A stretch of DNA of 64,000 nucleotides, taken from positions 11,718,001 to 11,782,000 of the forward strand of contig NW_027361725.1 in NCBI RefSeq assembly GCF_039654945.1, in the 5' to 3' direction. Made by a program: the position numbers and the translations under genes. Below are positions 25,012 to 38,329 of this stretch, in pieces; position 1 is the stretch's first letter; each line of letters opens with the position of its first letter. The notes under the pieces were generated by a model, which did not search any database, was not told the DNA's origin, and saw only the letters and a program-made list of their open reading frames with translations. Origin of the DNA: Dendrobates tinctorius (Eukaryota).

Positions 25012-25712
25012 TGTGCGGCCACCACTTATAGACAGATAGACAGTGAATGGGGAGGTAGTGAGCATGTGAGACCACCAATTATAGACAGTGAATGGGGAGG
25101 TAGTGTAGATGTGCGACCACCTCTTTTGGATAGTGAATGGGGAGGTAGTGCACATGTGCGACCATCTCTTATGGATAGTGACTGGAGCAGAAGTGAGCAT
25201 GTGCAACCACCACCTATAGACAATGAATCATGCAATAGTGAGCATGTGCAACTATCCTATAGACATTAAATTGGGCAGTAGTGACCATGTGCAACTACCA
25301 CTCCTATACACAAAACCCAAGGAAAAAAAATGGGTCCATATACCCTAATGAAAATACATAAGTAAAAAAGCAAGTGCATAAAATAATTAACATAGGGTAT
25401 AATTTTTTGATCAAAACAGTGTTTACTAAGTACCCTATGTTATTTATTTAATGCACTTGCTTTTTTACTTATGTATTTTCATTAGGGTATATGCACACAT
25501 TGTTTTTTCCTTGGGTTTTGTTTGCTTTTATGGCCCGTGTGAACATACTTTTACATCATGCATGTCTTTCAAGTCTACTTCATTTCAGTTTTTTGTTTCA
25601 CTCTTATACACAGTAAATTGGGCAGTAGTGAGCATGTGCGGCCACCTCTTGTACAGTAAATTGGGCAGTAGAGAGCATATGTGACTACCACTCCTATACA
25701 CAGTAATTGGCC
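25012..25712. repeat. Degenerate ~43-bp minisatellite interrupted by an inverted-repeat insert
   Basis: Copies of atagacagtgaatggggaggtagtgagcatgtgcgaccacc at 25030-25309 and 25605-25712. Confidence 0.7.
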
Positions 25713-28700
25713 ATATCTAAGAAATAGAGAGGCACAGTAAAAAAAGGAAAACAACACTGATTCAGGAGAACAGCGGCATTTACACCATGTAAAAAAGTTA
25801 CATATTTCTGGCAAGTGACTTTAAGGTGCTGACATGTAGCACAACATGGAATCCATAATTAGTTGATCATGTAGTACATGAATAACCTTAGGACCTCATT
25901 CTATGAATTCTATATTTCCCTTCAGGGTATTATCACATGAAGACAACTATTATATAACCTTGGATGTTGTAGACAGGGACCAGCATTCAGAACCATACTC
26001 TTGACTTGAGGACATCATGGAAGGCCATTCTTCTAAATGTCTCTCTAATTCTACATTTCTTTAACTGATTGCCAAGGGGTTGCTGATGCCAAAATGCTTG
26101 GCAGTAGGAGGCTCCTAAATAAAAAAAGGGGTTGTTGGGGTGGTACAACCCTTTCAAAAACATTTGCCCGTTAACTGAATTAGGTGTGAAAAATAGACAA
26201 ACTGAACTTTATTTAGTGTCCACAGGTCCAGAGCATCTACTGCCCTGGTCTATGATTGGCTGCAGCAGTGACATGTCAACAGTGCTGATGCCAATCACTA
26301 AGCTTTGCTGCTCGGGCTGTGTACATCCTCTGGGCTAAATGTTGTTGACGGATCACTGCAACCGGTGGGAAACTTGGGCAGAGGTGGATAGGCGTAGATT
26401 GCTTTATTGTAAACATAACTGAGACTATGGGCAAAAGTTTAGACTGCCCCTTTAAGTCTAAAAAAAAGATATTGCAATTAGTTGACAGACCATGAATATT
26501 TCAAAAGGCATAAAACGCGAATTATTGCATGTAGTTGAAACCTAGAAACAAGCAAAATGATGCCAAGTACATAAAGTTTAATGGTAACAGCTCAAATTTT
26601 ACGTATAATTTCATCCATAACGAACAAGCAATGAAAGAAACGGGAGCCAAACTATGCTCCGGACCACGCGATTTTCTTTAGAATGTGACCGTCGATGTCA
26701 GTCGTTGATGAGCGTTTTGGCGTAGGTTGTTCCTGTGTCACAATTAATTTAGTATTTCCTCTACTTGTTGAATGTTGATTATAAATATACATCATTGACG
26801 AGACCCTGACAAAAGCTTTGATTTGTGTCGGATGCGTTATCATTATGGATGTGCAAAATAATTTCATTTTTCGTAAATTAATCTTGTACCTCTGCAAGAA
26901 TTCTGTCAATTTGTATTTTATCATTACAGGAGAAAGTCTCGGATACAGAGATAGTGTGAAAAGTAGAGTTGAATATGTATTTTGCTACAGTATGTCTAAT
27001 TTAATGTCCTTTCTTGGCTAAGAGGATGAAAGCAGCCCTTACAACTGATATGAGCTTCTTAGAGGGATGTCCAATCTTTGGCTTGTCCTATCCTTTTTGC
27101 CATTGGGCAATGAGAAACTTTGCAGAAATCACCTCCCCTGAGGAACTGTATTGTTAGAAATCAAGGGAGTAAGTCATGGGCCCAGGGGTAAAGGAAAGAA
27201 GGTGGAGGGGTTACTAAATAACTCACCTTATTATTGGGCTGAAAATTTATAACAAGGGACCCATTCTGATCTTTGCTTAGGATTTTTCTCACTTCTATGT
27301 ATGATATGATATTGTACATGGTATTATTCATAGACCAAAATTCAATTTTTTAAACTATGTTTACACTTGGTCCACCTGTAATTGGGGAAATAGCATGTAT
27401 AAAAATCTGGATGGACCCCATTTTAAGATAACTTCTGTCGATAAGTCAAGGAAATACATGGGGCTTCTATTCACCGAAGTGAACCATTTTGCAGTCATCA
27501 GTGCACACGGGGATTGTTTTAGTTGGCTACTCAGCAATTTTAGTAGAAAAACACTTCCTCCGTGTGAAATGAGGAAAGCTGATGTCAAATCTGTATTTTT
27601 AGTCTTTAGTGTCGTAAATGGGGTGGACTTTCACTGGAAACTTCAGCCATGCAGTGAACATTATTTCTTTTCTATGTTTTGTTTGTAACAGATTCTTCAT
27701 AGGTAGATAAAGAAGAAGTGGGACACCCCATACAAAAGAGCTGCTCTGCCAGTCCCGTACGTGAGACTAACGCGGGTTTGGCGGACATTAGACTGACATG
27801 TATGACCATTAGAGATAATTGAATCAATGTAAATCAAATTTGTGTCAAACTTAATTCATTAAACCTGGAGAATTTTACCAATTTGCTTTTTGCTACGTGT
27901 GAATCGCCTAAACTGACCACCACCATTTTACACATTGCAGAGGATCATATTAGAAAAATAAGCATCACATGAACTTGGATGCAGCTGGGCAGGCTTCCCC
28001 ATATTCATACTGACAAATCACATTATATAGCAAAGCCAATGGCGTAGTAGCCTGTATAAAAGTTGAAAAAGGAAATGCAGCATTTTGTGGTGAATCTGGA
28101 TAGTGAGAAGATGTCACAGCTTACAGAGATAAGTAGAGAAATCCATAAAACAATGAAAAAATTGTAAAGATACAGTAGTGTGTGACAGCACAGCAGTAAA
28201 GAAAATAGTCTCTTCATATTTGTTTTTTTTAGGGCACAGAGAGACTTTGGAGTCACCCCAATTGATTCACCATGTATCAAACTTCCTGTGAAAATTCAGG
28301 ACAACAGGCGAATTGAAATGTTAAAAGTACCTTAAGGCAGTTGGCAACACTTTTCTTAAATTATGTCCCAGTCATTTTACTCTTCTACTGTCATTTAATT
28401 TATCTTAGGTATTATATTGTATGGACGAAAATTCTACAGGCTTCTTATGGCTTCTAAGGGTTCTAAAAAGGGTACAAAGGGGTAAGCCAAGCAACTCAAG
28501 GCTGGAATTGCAGATTGCCCCCTTGATTTCTGTCTTTACACATTAGGCAACCCCTTAATATCACCCCATGTGGCCACCTATTCTATTTACCCATTATCCT
28601 TTGTAGTATGGACCTGTAATCATATACAAGACTTTTTCATTGATAAGCACTAGAGCATAAGGATCTCGAGGACCTCTCCTACCAGAAATTATGATATTGG

Positions 28701-29601
28701 GATGGACAATTAGTAGACCATTTCACCCTATAATAGGGAAAACTGAGTGGAATCTGGGCTTCTGGAAATTAAGTCATAGGCTGCTTCCCAATCTTTATGC
28801 GATTTATTTAGTGAGGAGTTTTGTAAGCCTCTATGTCTATGAGATCCTACTCATTGCCCTAACGTCCAGTCTTTCCTACGGGTTAGTGACCAAATCAGGA
28901 CTGGAGGTGGAGTGAGGTAGATCCCATTTTGCTTTCCAAAAAGTTTTGTGATCATACTATATAAAACTAGTGAACCTGCTGCTGTCACCATAAAATCCAC
29001 GTTTAAGAGAAAGAGTAGTATCTGCTCGTTCCAGCATTGCATGTGTCAGTGAACAGCAACAAAAAAAGTTTCTGTAAAGTTTGAGAAGAGACGTCTATGA
29101 ATAGAATGTGAAAGTGCAGTCAGCTCCCCGGGGGGCCTTGCAAAGCAGTTTTATTACGAACTATAGCAGTATTCAGATGTATTCAACAAATTAACATATA
29201 AACAGCTTGCTTGTCTTCCTCGGATTTTATTGCTCAATCACATCTGTAGCAAATAAGTTGTACAACTGTATATCTGAGATATCGGATGGTGCCAGGAAGT
29301 AACGTAAATGCCCATATTTCACAAATGTAAAATACCAAGATGCTTTGTGGAATGGGTCCTCTGTGAGGACCGTTAATGAACAATCTGGGGACTGCCATGG
29401 AGAACAGTAGGGGCCATATATTATGCATGGTGTATAACCAGATGCATCGGCTTATAAACACAGTTTTTTCGGCTCTCTAAACAGAACCCATGGAAATGAA
29501 GGGTCTTCATTTAAATCTCTAGCAGGGGCATCATGTGCAAGTTTTTCTCACAGTAAGATATTCAATAAACCAATAACCAATATGGCCATTGCTATTGCCC
29601 T

Positions 29602-29897
29602 TAGTGAAGAGCGAGCATGCTCGAATAAGGTGTTATCTGAGCACGCTCCTAATCGAGTATTTTCGGCATACACTAAAAAATACTCGAGTCTCCACGGCTG
29701 CATGTGTCGAGGCTGTCCAACAGCTGCAACAAATGCAAGAATTTCCTAACATACAGGAAATCCCTGCGTGTGATGTGGCTGTCGAACAGTCGCTAGACAT
29801 TCAGCCTCAATGACTCAAGCTTTTTTTTTTCAAGCACGTCAAAAATACTCTATTAGGACACAAGCGTGCTCAGATAACACCTGCTTGCTCATCACTA
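29602..29897. mobile_element. hAT-type MITE (old)
   Basis: Ends TAGTGAAGAGCGAGCA / TGCTTGCTCATCACTA with an inner inverted repeat ggtgttatctgagcac / gtgctcagataacacc; TSD not preserved. Confidence 0.65.
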
Positions 29898-30710
29898 TAC
29901 TCATGCAATAATGCAGCTTGCAAAATTACAAAGTTGCAAATCTAATCTGCCGGTAAGGGGTCATCCAAAAAATATACCCTTATACTCCCATCTTGTAGAC
30001 CCTCTCCATACCTGTCCTGGTACGGCCCGATTCCTTTTCTTATGCAGAGAAGAAAGGTGAAAAGGAATCACTATCCCCATCAAACACTCACTTGTTGACA
30101 TGTTGCAGCTTCCAGTCTCCTAAGTTTTAAGATGACACTGACATCAATTTCTTCACTGCATAATGACTCCTTGCGCTTGCACGGTTTAGCTTCAAAAGTG
30201 CGCATGCATCAAAGAAATTTAAGTTTTCCTTTTGTGTATGTATCCGGATGTTGAACTGATGACAGTTATAAAGAGGGTGAGACTCTATATCACAATACGT
30301 CAGTTCCGGGACATGCAAGTTGTATTAATTCATCAGGACTTTATACACATTATGCCTATGAACAACGACAATATTGACCAAAACGCATAAGGTGCCACAT
30401 GTCCTGACCTTGTTTGTTTGATTTTTTACTTTTTATATTTTAATGCAATTTAAATAAATGTTGTGATTTTTATAATTCCAGTGGCGGATTATTACACATC
30501 TTCAGCTTTTTTCCTGATGTCAGTTATACACTTCATTTGAATATCTAAATGCACGTGTGTAATGGATTATTGTGCAGTGATGATATCACTGCCAGTTCTG
30601 CACATACGATATGGGCCTTCTTCTAGTTTAGGAAACCAGAGGCACAACTTATCAAATGGATGCACAATTGTGAAAGCAGGAAGACTTGTTCCAAGATAAA
30701 GAAAGCAATC

Positions 30711-31368
30711 TGTCACAGGTTTACAACAGAGAGGAGCCAGAAAACTGCAGCATCTGATTTCTCCTACTCCTGCGCTGAATAGATGCAGTTCACCTTCTTA
30801 TTAAACTGTGTAAATTTCTTCGGGCAATGCAGGGGTTAATCTGCTCTGTTGCGAGCTCCTAGAGCTAAGGCTCTCAGCTGTGCAATGTTAGCCACTCCCA
30901 TCCCCTATATAATCTGGGTCCTGAGTGACACAAATCGTCAGAGTTAGCTTATGGTACTTGACTAGGAGTGTTGGTGGTTACTTGAGTAGTCGGTTGGTGG
31001 ATTTATCTGTGACTATTGCTAGGTTTTGGGGGTGTGATAATTCCCTTTATTCTCCTACTTTGGTTTAACACCATCCTCCACTCCCAAGTCCATCCCTCTG
31101 TCCCTCTGTTATTTGTGTGTATATTTGTATGTTTAGTATTTTTCGTTATCCCTGTTCATTTTACCTTGTCAGTCTGGTTGATGTATTACGGTACACTACT
31201 ACTCCCCTATTCCTTGGGTGGGGGAAGGGTACAGACTGAGTGTGGATTCAAGAGCTAAGGCAATGTATGTGGCCCCGGCATCCTTACCTTCACCAGTAAC
31301 CCAGGGAACAGGGCAAGCTAGGGTGCCCCCTAGCATTAGGAACAGCGAAGGAGCCCCTGGTCATGACA
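30711..31368 (+). mobile_element. Solo LTR
   Basis: TGTCA...TGACA ends; flanks CAATC/CAATA (4/5 TSD match); internal TATATAA near 30906. Confidence 0.65.
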
Positions 31369-33523
31369 CAATATATTTATAAAACAAGCAAACAAAAAAA
31401 ACAAAGTTATGCATTAAAAAATATATATATCCTAAAGGTTTTGGTTATTCTATTTGCACAAATCCAGCAAAATATCATCCAGGTGCCATATTGCTGCATT
31501 TTGAGGACTGATAAGGGGTTGAAGAAGTATTTAAATATACTTTCCTCTTCTGGACTCTCCTCATGTCTATCCTGCTGGCAAATACTCTTATGGGCTCCTC
31601 TTCAGCCTTCTCTTTTCATCTGTTTCCAGATCTTTTTTGTAGCGCTGCTGTTGACTAGCTGTCATGGCCACACACATTGTTGACCTTAGGGACATGCAAA
31701 ACACCCATCTTGACAGTGCAGCTCCAAGTTTATGACATTTACAAAGAAGAAAAGACCGGAAAGCAACCTGAAGAAAGGGGCTAAAGGGGAGCCCATTGGA
31801 GAAACCAGTGGAGGTGATCAGTTCTGTAGAGGTCAGAGGACAGGATAGTGTAAGAATTTACATTTTTGATCCCCTCCCTAGCGTTTAGAATTCAGAAAAA
31901 TGGTAGCTGGCTTCCATTTTGCAGGAATTGTACAAATTGAATCTCCTTAAATATGAGATTCTGGCTAATTTAAATTCTGATGAAAATTCATAAGAATTGG
32001 TTTCTTAGTTGATCTACTCATCTCCATCCTGTGCCCATTTTTTTATAAAGCTTGAGGATGGAATGTTTGGTTTGTCTTGAGCTTGCATGAGTCTTCACGG
32101 CATAATGATCCATCTCCTATGCCCCATTTAAAGTCAAAACTATGCATGTACAAAAGGAGATCTCTATCTCTTTGGTGCGTCTACCTGAGTGTAACAAACG
32201 TCAGTTTTGATGTTCCATACACAGCCATGAGCAGAAGACAAAGCGGAGAAGGAACTGGAGAAAAAATTTCTGGAAATTGATACCTACTGCCACATCAGCT
32301 ACAAAAATGAGCAGATCAGTGGGCACCCCAGAGATTCTTTGCATATGGACCGTAAAAATGAGCCAGTCCTAAATTATTGGTTGATCTAAACTGGTCCAAA
32401 ACCCAAAGATTTGAACTTGATGGATCAGAATAAGGGTGCTTTCACACTATGCTTTGACCTATGCTTGTTGCCCTGGGCTTATGTCAAAACTCCCCATAAA
32501 AAGGGATATGGGCTTAGTCGCCTAAGGGTCCATTGACTATTGTAGAGCAGGCGGAGTTACCGTATCCTTTGTTGTACATCATTTTCTGGCGTATATGCCT
32601 ACTGCACTCAGATGCTGTCTACTACGTCTGAATGTCCACTTCCAGTAGGCGTACACGTTTGAAAATTATGCATGCCAGAGCCCACAATAACTGTCAGTAT
32701 CATTATAGTCTATGGCTCTGTCATCGCATACGACCGAATTCCATTTTGTGGGGGGTTCAAACATAAGTACCAACATGATCAACAAACATGATGAAAGAAA
32801 AAGCTAAATGTGAAACATGCGTCGGGTGTTGCCACCACTTAAAGGTAATGTGCAAGCATACTTCCTCCATGTGTCCTTCTTAATCTCGGTTCTTTTTGGC
32901 TTTTTTACTGCTGACATATTATTGTTTTGCAACCATAAGCCTGTTTTTTCACCTTTTTCTGGTATATGTTACCTTCTTTATACTTGGACATGAGGGCAAT
33001 TTCAGTGTCTTTGTCATCACTACACATACTCTTTGGAAGTGTTATGCAAATTTCTTCTCACAATTATACCTAGCTTAATTGAACTTATTGGCCTATTATA
33101 TCTTTTCCAGGAAGTTTACTCTGAACTCCCTTTACATATTTATTATTTTTCACTCAGGCCTATCCATGGTTTCTATTGAGTCAGGTTTTCTAATCCCACT
33201 CTACTAATAGCATATTACTATAATTGAGTGGCTTATTTTGCATTTGTTGTCCTTATATCATATTACCTTTTTTAACTGTTTTTAAAAACTTTGTCTCAAT
33301 AGAATTTTGCAATTTTATGGTATATAGCTTCCCCCCTCTTTTTTGATTCATATTTGCATTTGGAAGTGCCACATATCTAGTCATTATTATATTTGGATGA
33401 GGTTTATGTGTAGTCTACAGCCATGGATGTATCCTATGCAGACCTAACTAAAAGAATTTGCTTTATTTTTGATGACTAACAACAACTAGCGGATGATTGA
33501 CAATATGTAAATGGTATATAGTA

Positions 33524-35172
33524 CAGTCATATGTTAAAGTTTGGGCAGCCCTATTAATGTTAACCTTTTTTCTTTATAACAATTTTGGTTTTTGCGACAG
33601 CTATTTCAGTTTCATATATCTAATAATTGATGGACTCAGTTATATTTCTGGATTCAAATGAGGTTTATTGTACTAACAGAAAATGTGCAATCTGCATTTA
33701 AACAAAATTTGACCGGTGCAAAAGTATGGGCACCTAAACATAAAAGTGACATTAATATTTCGTAGATCCTCCTTTTGCAAAAATAACAGCCTCTAGTTGC
33801 TTCCTGTAGCTATTAATGAGTTCCTGGATCCTGGATGAAGGTATTTGTGACCATTCCTGTTTACAAAACAATTCCAGTTCAGTTAAGTTTGATGGTCGCC
33901 GAGCATGGACAGCCCGCTTCAAATCATCCCACAGATGTTCAATGATATTCAGGTCTGGGGACTGGGATGGCCATTCCATAACATTGTAATTGTTCCTCTG
34001 CATGAATGCCTGTGTAGATTTGGAGCGGTGTTTTGGATCATTGTCTTGCTGAAATATCCATCCCCTGCGTAACTTCAACTTCGTCACTGATTCTTGCACA
34101 TTATTGTCAAGAATCTGCTGATACTGAGTTGAATCCATGCGACCCTCAACTTTAACAAGATTCCTGGTGCCGGCATTGGCCACACAGCCCCAAAGCATGA
34201 TGGAACCTCCACCAAATTTTACTGTGGGTAGCAAGTGTTTTCCTTGGGATGCGGTGTTTTTTAGCCTCCATGCATAACGCCTTTTTGTATGACCAAACAG
34301 CTCAATCTTTGTTTCATCAGTCCACAGGACCTTCTTCCAAAATGTAACTGGCTTGTCCAAATGTGCTTTTGCACACCTCAGGCGACTCTGTTTGTGGCGT
34401 GCTTGCAGAAACGGCTTCTTTCGCATCACTCTCCCATACAGCTTCTCCTTGTGCAAAGTGTGCTGTATTGTAGACCGATGCACAGTGACACCATCTGCAG
34501 CAAGATGATGCTGCAGGTCTTTGGAGGTGGTCTGTGGATTGTCCTTGACTGTTCTCACCATTCTTCTTCTCTGCCTTTCTGATATTTTTCTTGGCCTGCC
34601 ACTTCTGGGCTTAACAAGAACTGTACCTGTGTTCTTCCATTTCATTACTATGTTCCTCACAATGGAAACTGACAGGTTAGATCTCTGAGACAACTTTTTG
34701 TATCCTTCCCCTGAAAAGCTATGTTGAATAATCTTTGTTTTCAGATCATTTGAGAGTTGTTTTGAGGAGTCCATGATGCCACTCTTCATAGGAGAATCAA
34801 ATAGGAGAACTACTTGCAAGTGGCCACCTTAAATACCTTTTCTCATGATTTGATACACCTGGCTATGAAGTTCAAAGCTCAATGAGGTTACAAAACCAAT
34901 TTAATGCTTCAGGAAGTCAGTAAAAAGTAGTTAGGAGTGTTCAAATCAAGAAAATGATAAGGGTGCCCATACTTTTGCACCGGTCAAATTTTGTTTAAAT
35001 GCAGATTGCACATTTTCTGTTAGTACAATAAACCTCATTTGAATCCAGAAATATAACTGAGTCCATCAGTTATTAGATATATGAAACTGAAATAGCTGTT
35101 GCAAAAACCAAAATTGCTATAAAGAAAAAAGGTTAACATTAATAGGGGTGCCCAAACTTTAACATATGACTG
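33524..35172 (-). mobile_element. Complete Tc1 (DD34E) transposon with long IR/DR-type TIRs
   Basis: ~210-bp inverted repeats starting CAGTCATATGTTAAAGTTTGGGCA, with an inner repeat AAAAGTATGGGCACC; TA on both sides; 1649 bp. Confidence 0.95.
33752..34774 (-). CDS. Tc1 transposase, 340 aa, uninterrupted
   Basis: From MDSSKQLS: paired-like HTH, GRPRK AT-hook, LWTDETK, FQQDNDPKH and SPDLNIIE (D34E), ending GGSTKY. Confidence 0.92.
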   Translation of the reverse strand: MDSSKQLSNDLKTKIIQHSFSGEGYKKLSQRSNLSVSIVRNIVMKWKNTGTVLVKPRSGRPRKISERQRRRMVRTVKDNPQTTSKDLQHHLAADGVTVHRSTIQHTLHKEKLYGRVMRKKPFLQARHKQSRLRCAKAHLDKPVTFWKKVLWTDETKIELFGHTKRRYAWRLKNTASQGKHLLPTVKFGGGSIMLWGCVANAGTRNLVKVEGRMDSTQYQQILDNNVQESVTKLKLRRGWIFQQDNDPKHRSKSTQAFMQRNNYNVMEWPSQSPDLNIIEHLWDDLKRAVHARRPSNLTELELFCKQEWSQIPSSRIQELINSYRKQLEAVIFAKGGSTKY

Positions 35173-36665
35173 TATATACTTTTGCAGAGGGTGGATGCTG
35201 GTGTTTTCTCATGTGAATGCTCCAATGCCAATTATTAGCTGCAGCGTTCCACATCTTTTTCCCTCACTGACGTCCATTGTCGACGTAGTAAATATCTCAG
35301 TAACACAGCTGAAGGGCTGACCTCCGGAAAATGAGATGCGCATTTTGAAAAATGCAGCTTGGTAACTACTGGGAAATAACAAATAAGAGCTTAGTGTGAG
35401 GGAAGCGAGCGGTTCGGTCCATCATTGACGAATTGGATTTCAACTCATTCTTACACCACCATACAATCCTGTCCCATGGCTTATAAACAGTAATGCCAGA
35501 CTGCAGCGGTAAATAAGTCCATGTTTTTCAGTCTCACGTTTCTTTCGGTAAAATATTGTAAAAGCGCCGTTTGCTATAACAGATCCGTTATGGGAGCACA
35601 TGGGCACAACAGATGTTGCTGCACGATGTAAAGTGATGTACATTCATATCCCTCTCCCTATAAGCCCAGGCATCTACAAAGGCGTCCTTCCCTACCTTTC
35701 CTTATGTCTTACATGTCCTGAGATGACAGATTCAGCATGATCATTTCTGTGATTTCTGTGTGATACTCTGCCAGGAGTTGTTTGTGCTATCTGTCTATAG
35801 GGGGCACCAGGTGGTTGGGATGTGAATTGCATCATGTTGAGAGCTACGAATAATGTATTAAATTTGCATTAATTTGTCTACTGTCAGACCCCCACCTTTT
35901 GACTATTTTTGACCAGAGACGGACAGCACACTCGTGTAGCGGCCTGTTATGAATGAGTCACCGAGGAGGAAAAACAAAAACAAGCTAAGCCTCAGAAAAC
36001 CAGAGAGGTAGGTAACTAAGCGGATTGCAGACCCCTGATCCTATCCATACAACTAGCAGTAGCCGTGGAGCGTACCTACGATGATCCTAGACACCTCATC
36101 ACAGACGGAGAATTAAATAAGCCTAAAGCAAGAAAAGGGGAAATCTAAACTGCCCCAGAGCAGACCCCAAAGTAATAGACAGCCCCCAAACATGTATTGA
36201 CGGTGAGACAAGATGAAAACACAAACACAGATAGAAAAATAGGCTGAGAAAACGATGGGGCCCACACTAACTAGAAAGGACAGGAAAGGAAAGATGCTGT
36301 CTGCAATCACGCACAAAACCCTGACAAAAAATGTCCAACACTTTCTGATCACAAAAACCCTGAAGTCACTAGACTTCAATTCCCTATATCAGCACTCTGG
36401 TATATTCTGAAGACAGAGCAAAAAGAGACCAATCTGATCAGGGACAAAAAGCAAACTGGCATAAACAGAGACATAAGTATGGAAATTCAGCACAGCCCCA
36501 GCTGGGGCTGGCTGACCACAAAAACTGAGTAAGCCAGACCAAATCTCGTGAAAAATAGCAGAGCACACTTAGCTTGAGAAGGCAGGAACAGAACTGGAAA
36601 CCAGAACCTCAGGGCATGAGAAAATCACCAGCACAAAATTAGGGAGTCGGCTGTCTTAAATCCAG

Positions 36666-37750
36666 TCAGAGACTCCTGATGTCCTCCTGGCCATAACCCT
36701 TCCACTTGACCAAATACTGGAGTCTCCGTCTAGCCAGATGAGAATCCAGTATTTTCTCTACCTCATATTCCACATTACCTTCAACCAACACAGGGTCAGG
36801 AGGTGCCGCCATAGGAACCACTGGCTCAACAAACCTCTTCAACAGAGACTTATGAAACACGTTATGGATCTTAAACGTAACTGGAAGAGCCAATCGAAAA
36901 GAAACCGGGTTAAGAATCTCCAAAATCCTAAAAGGCCCAATAAATCTTGGCTTGAACTTTGGAGACGCAACCTTCATAGAGATATTTTTTGACGACAACC
37001 AAACCATATCACCCACTTTAAACCGGGTACCAATGGTCCTATGCCAGTTGGAAAACCGCTGGGCCTTTTCTTGAGATAGGGACAACTTATCCACCACTTG
37101 GTCCCAAATCTGCTGCATTCTCTCTACCACAGTGTCAACACCTGGGCAGGCTGAAGATTCCACTTGCCCTGAAGAAAATCGAGGATGAAACCCAAAGTTA
37201 CAGAAAAAGGGCGACATCAATGTGGCAGAACTAGCTCTATTATTTAGGATGAATTCGGCCAAGGGCAAAAAAGAGACCCAATCATCCTGATCAGCAGAAA
37301 TAAAACATCTCAAATAGGACTCCAAAGTCTGGTTTGTTCTCTCAGTCTGCCCTTTGGTCTGTGGGTGAATCGCAGAGGAGAAGGATAACTGAATTCCCAG
37401 CTTGGAACAAAAGGCTTTCCAAAATCTGGAGACAAACTGGACTCCTCTGTCCGACACAATGTTCTCAGGAATCCCATGCAACCGAACCACCTGTTGTAAA
37501 AACAAGGGCACCAACTCTGAGGAAGATGGCGCCCTGATGGGAGTGGTACAAGATGGACCATCTTCGAAAATCTATCACAAATCACCCAGATAACAGTTAT
37601 TCTCTGAGAGACAGGAAGATCAGAAATAAAATCCATTGAGATATGGGTCCATGGCCTCTTGGGCACCGGCAAGGGCATCAACAACCCACTAGAACGAGAT
37701 CAGGGTTTAGACCGGGAACAAGTCCCACAAGACAGCACAAAATTCCTGAC
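36666..37750 (-). pseudogene. Integrase core plus chromodomain of the Gypsy pol (frameshifted)
   Basis: [39 protein letters not shown]...YLVKWKGY. Confidence 0.9.
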
Positions 37751-37994
37751 TAGAGTTGAGCAAAACGGGTCGAAAAAATTCAAAAGTCGCCGACTTTTGG
37801 CAAAGTCGGGTTTCATGAAACGAAACCCGACCCTAGGATGAGGTCAGCCACGAGGTCGGCGACTTACGCGCCAAAGTCGCGTTTCAAAAGTTTGTTTTGC
37901 GCTCTTTTTCAGCCACTCAGGATCCACGGACACTGTGGGCAACGTGATGACCTAGGCACGGGTCACCACCATCTTTCAGAAGGGCATGCAAGTG

Positions 37995-38057
37995 ATTGGC
38001 TTGCTTTGGTGGGCGTCACAGGGGGTATAAAAGGGCGTGCACGCCGACCGCCATCTT
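37995..38057 (+). promoter_or_regulatory. Putative hAT transposase promoter
   Basis: ATTGG (reverse CCAAT) at 37995, TATAAAA at 38026-38032, YY1/Inr-like CCGCCATCTT at 38048-38057. Confidence 0.55.
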
Positions 38058-38329
38058 ACTTCTGCCGATCTTAGTATAGGGAGAGGTTGCTGCTGATTCT
38101 GTAGGGAGAGCGTTAGGCAGGGAAGAAGACAAAAAAACTGCTTCTGCTGCTAGCAATTTGGCCTGCACAAAACACAAGTCACTGTGTGTGCAGTGCAAGG
38201 GGAGGCTATATTGTGGTGTATCAGTGGTGTTGGTTGTTGGGCTGCCTTTTAAGGCTTCCTGACACGCTGGCATTGCTGTTTACCCACTGCTCCGCAAACT
38301 GCTTTTTTAAAAGCAATCCAATCTCCCTT

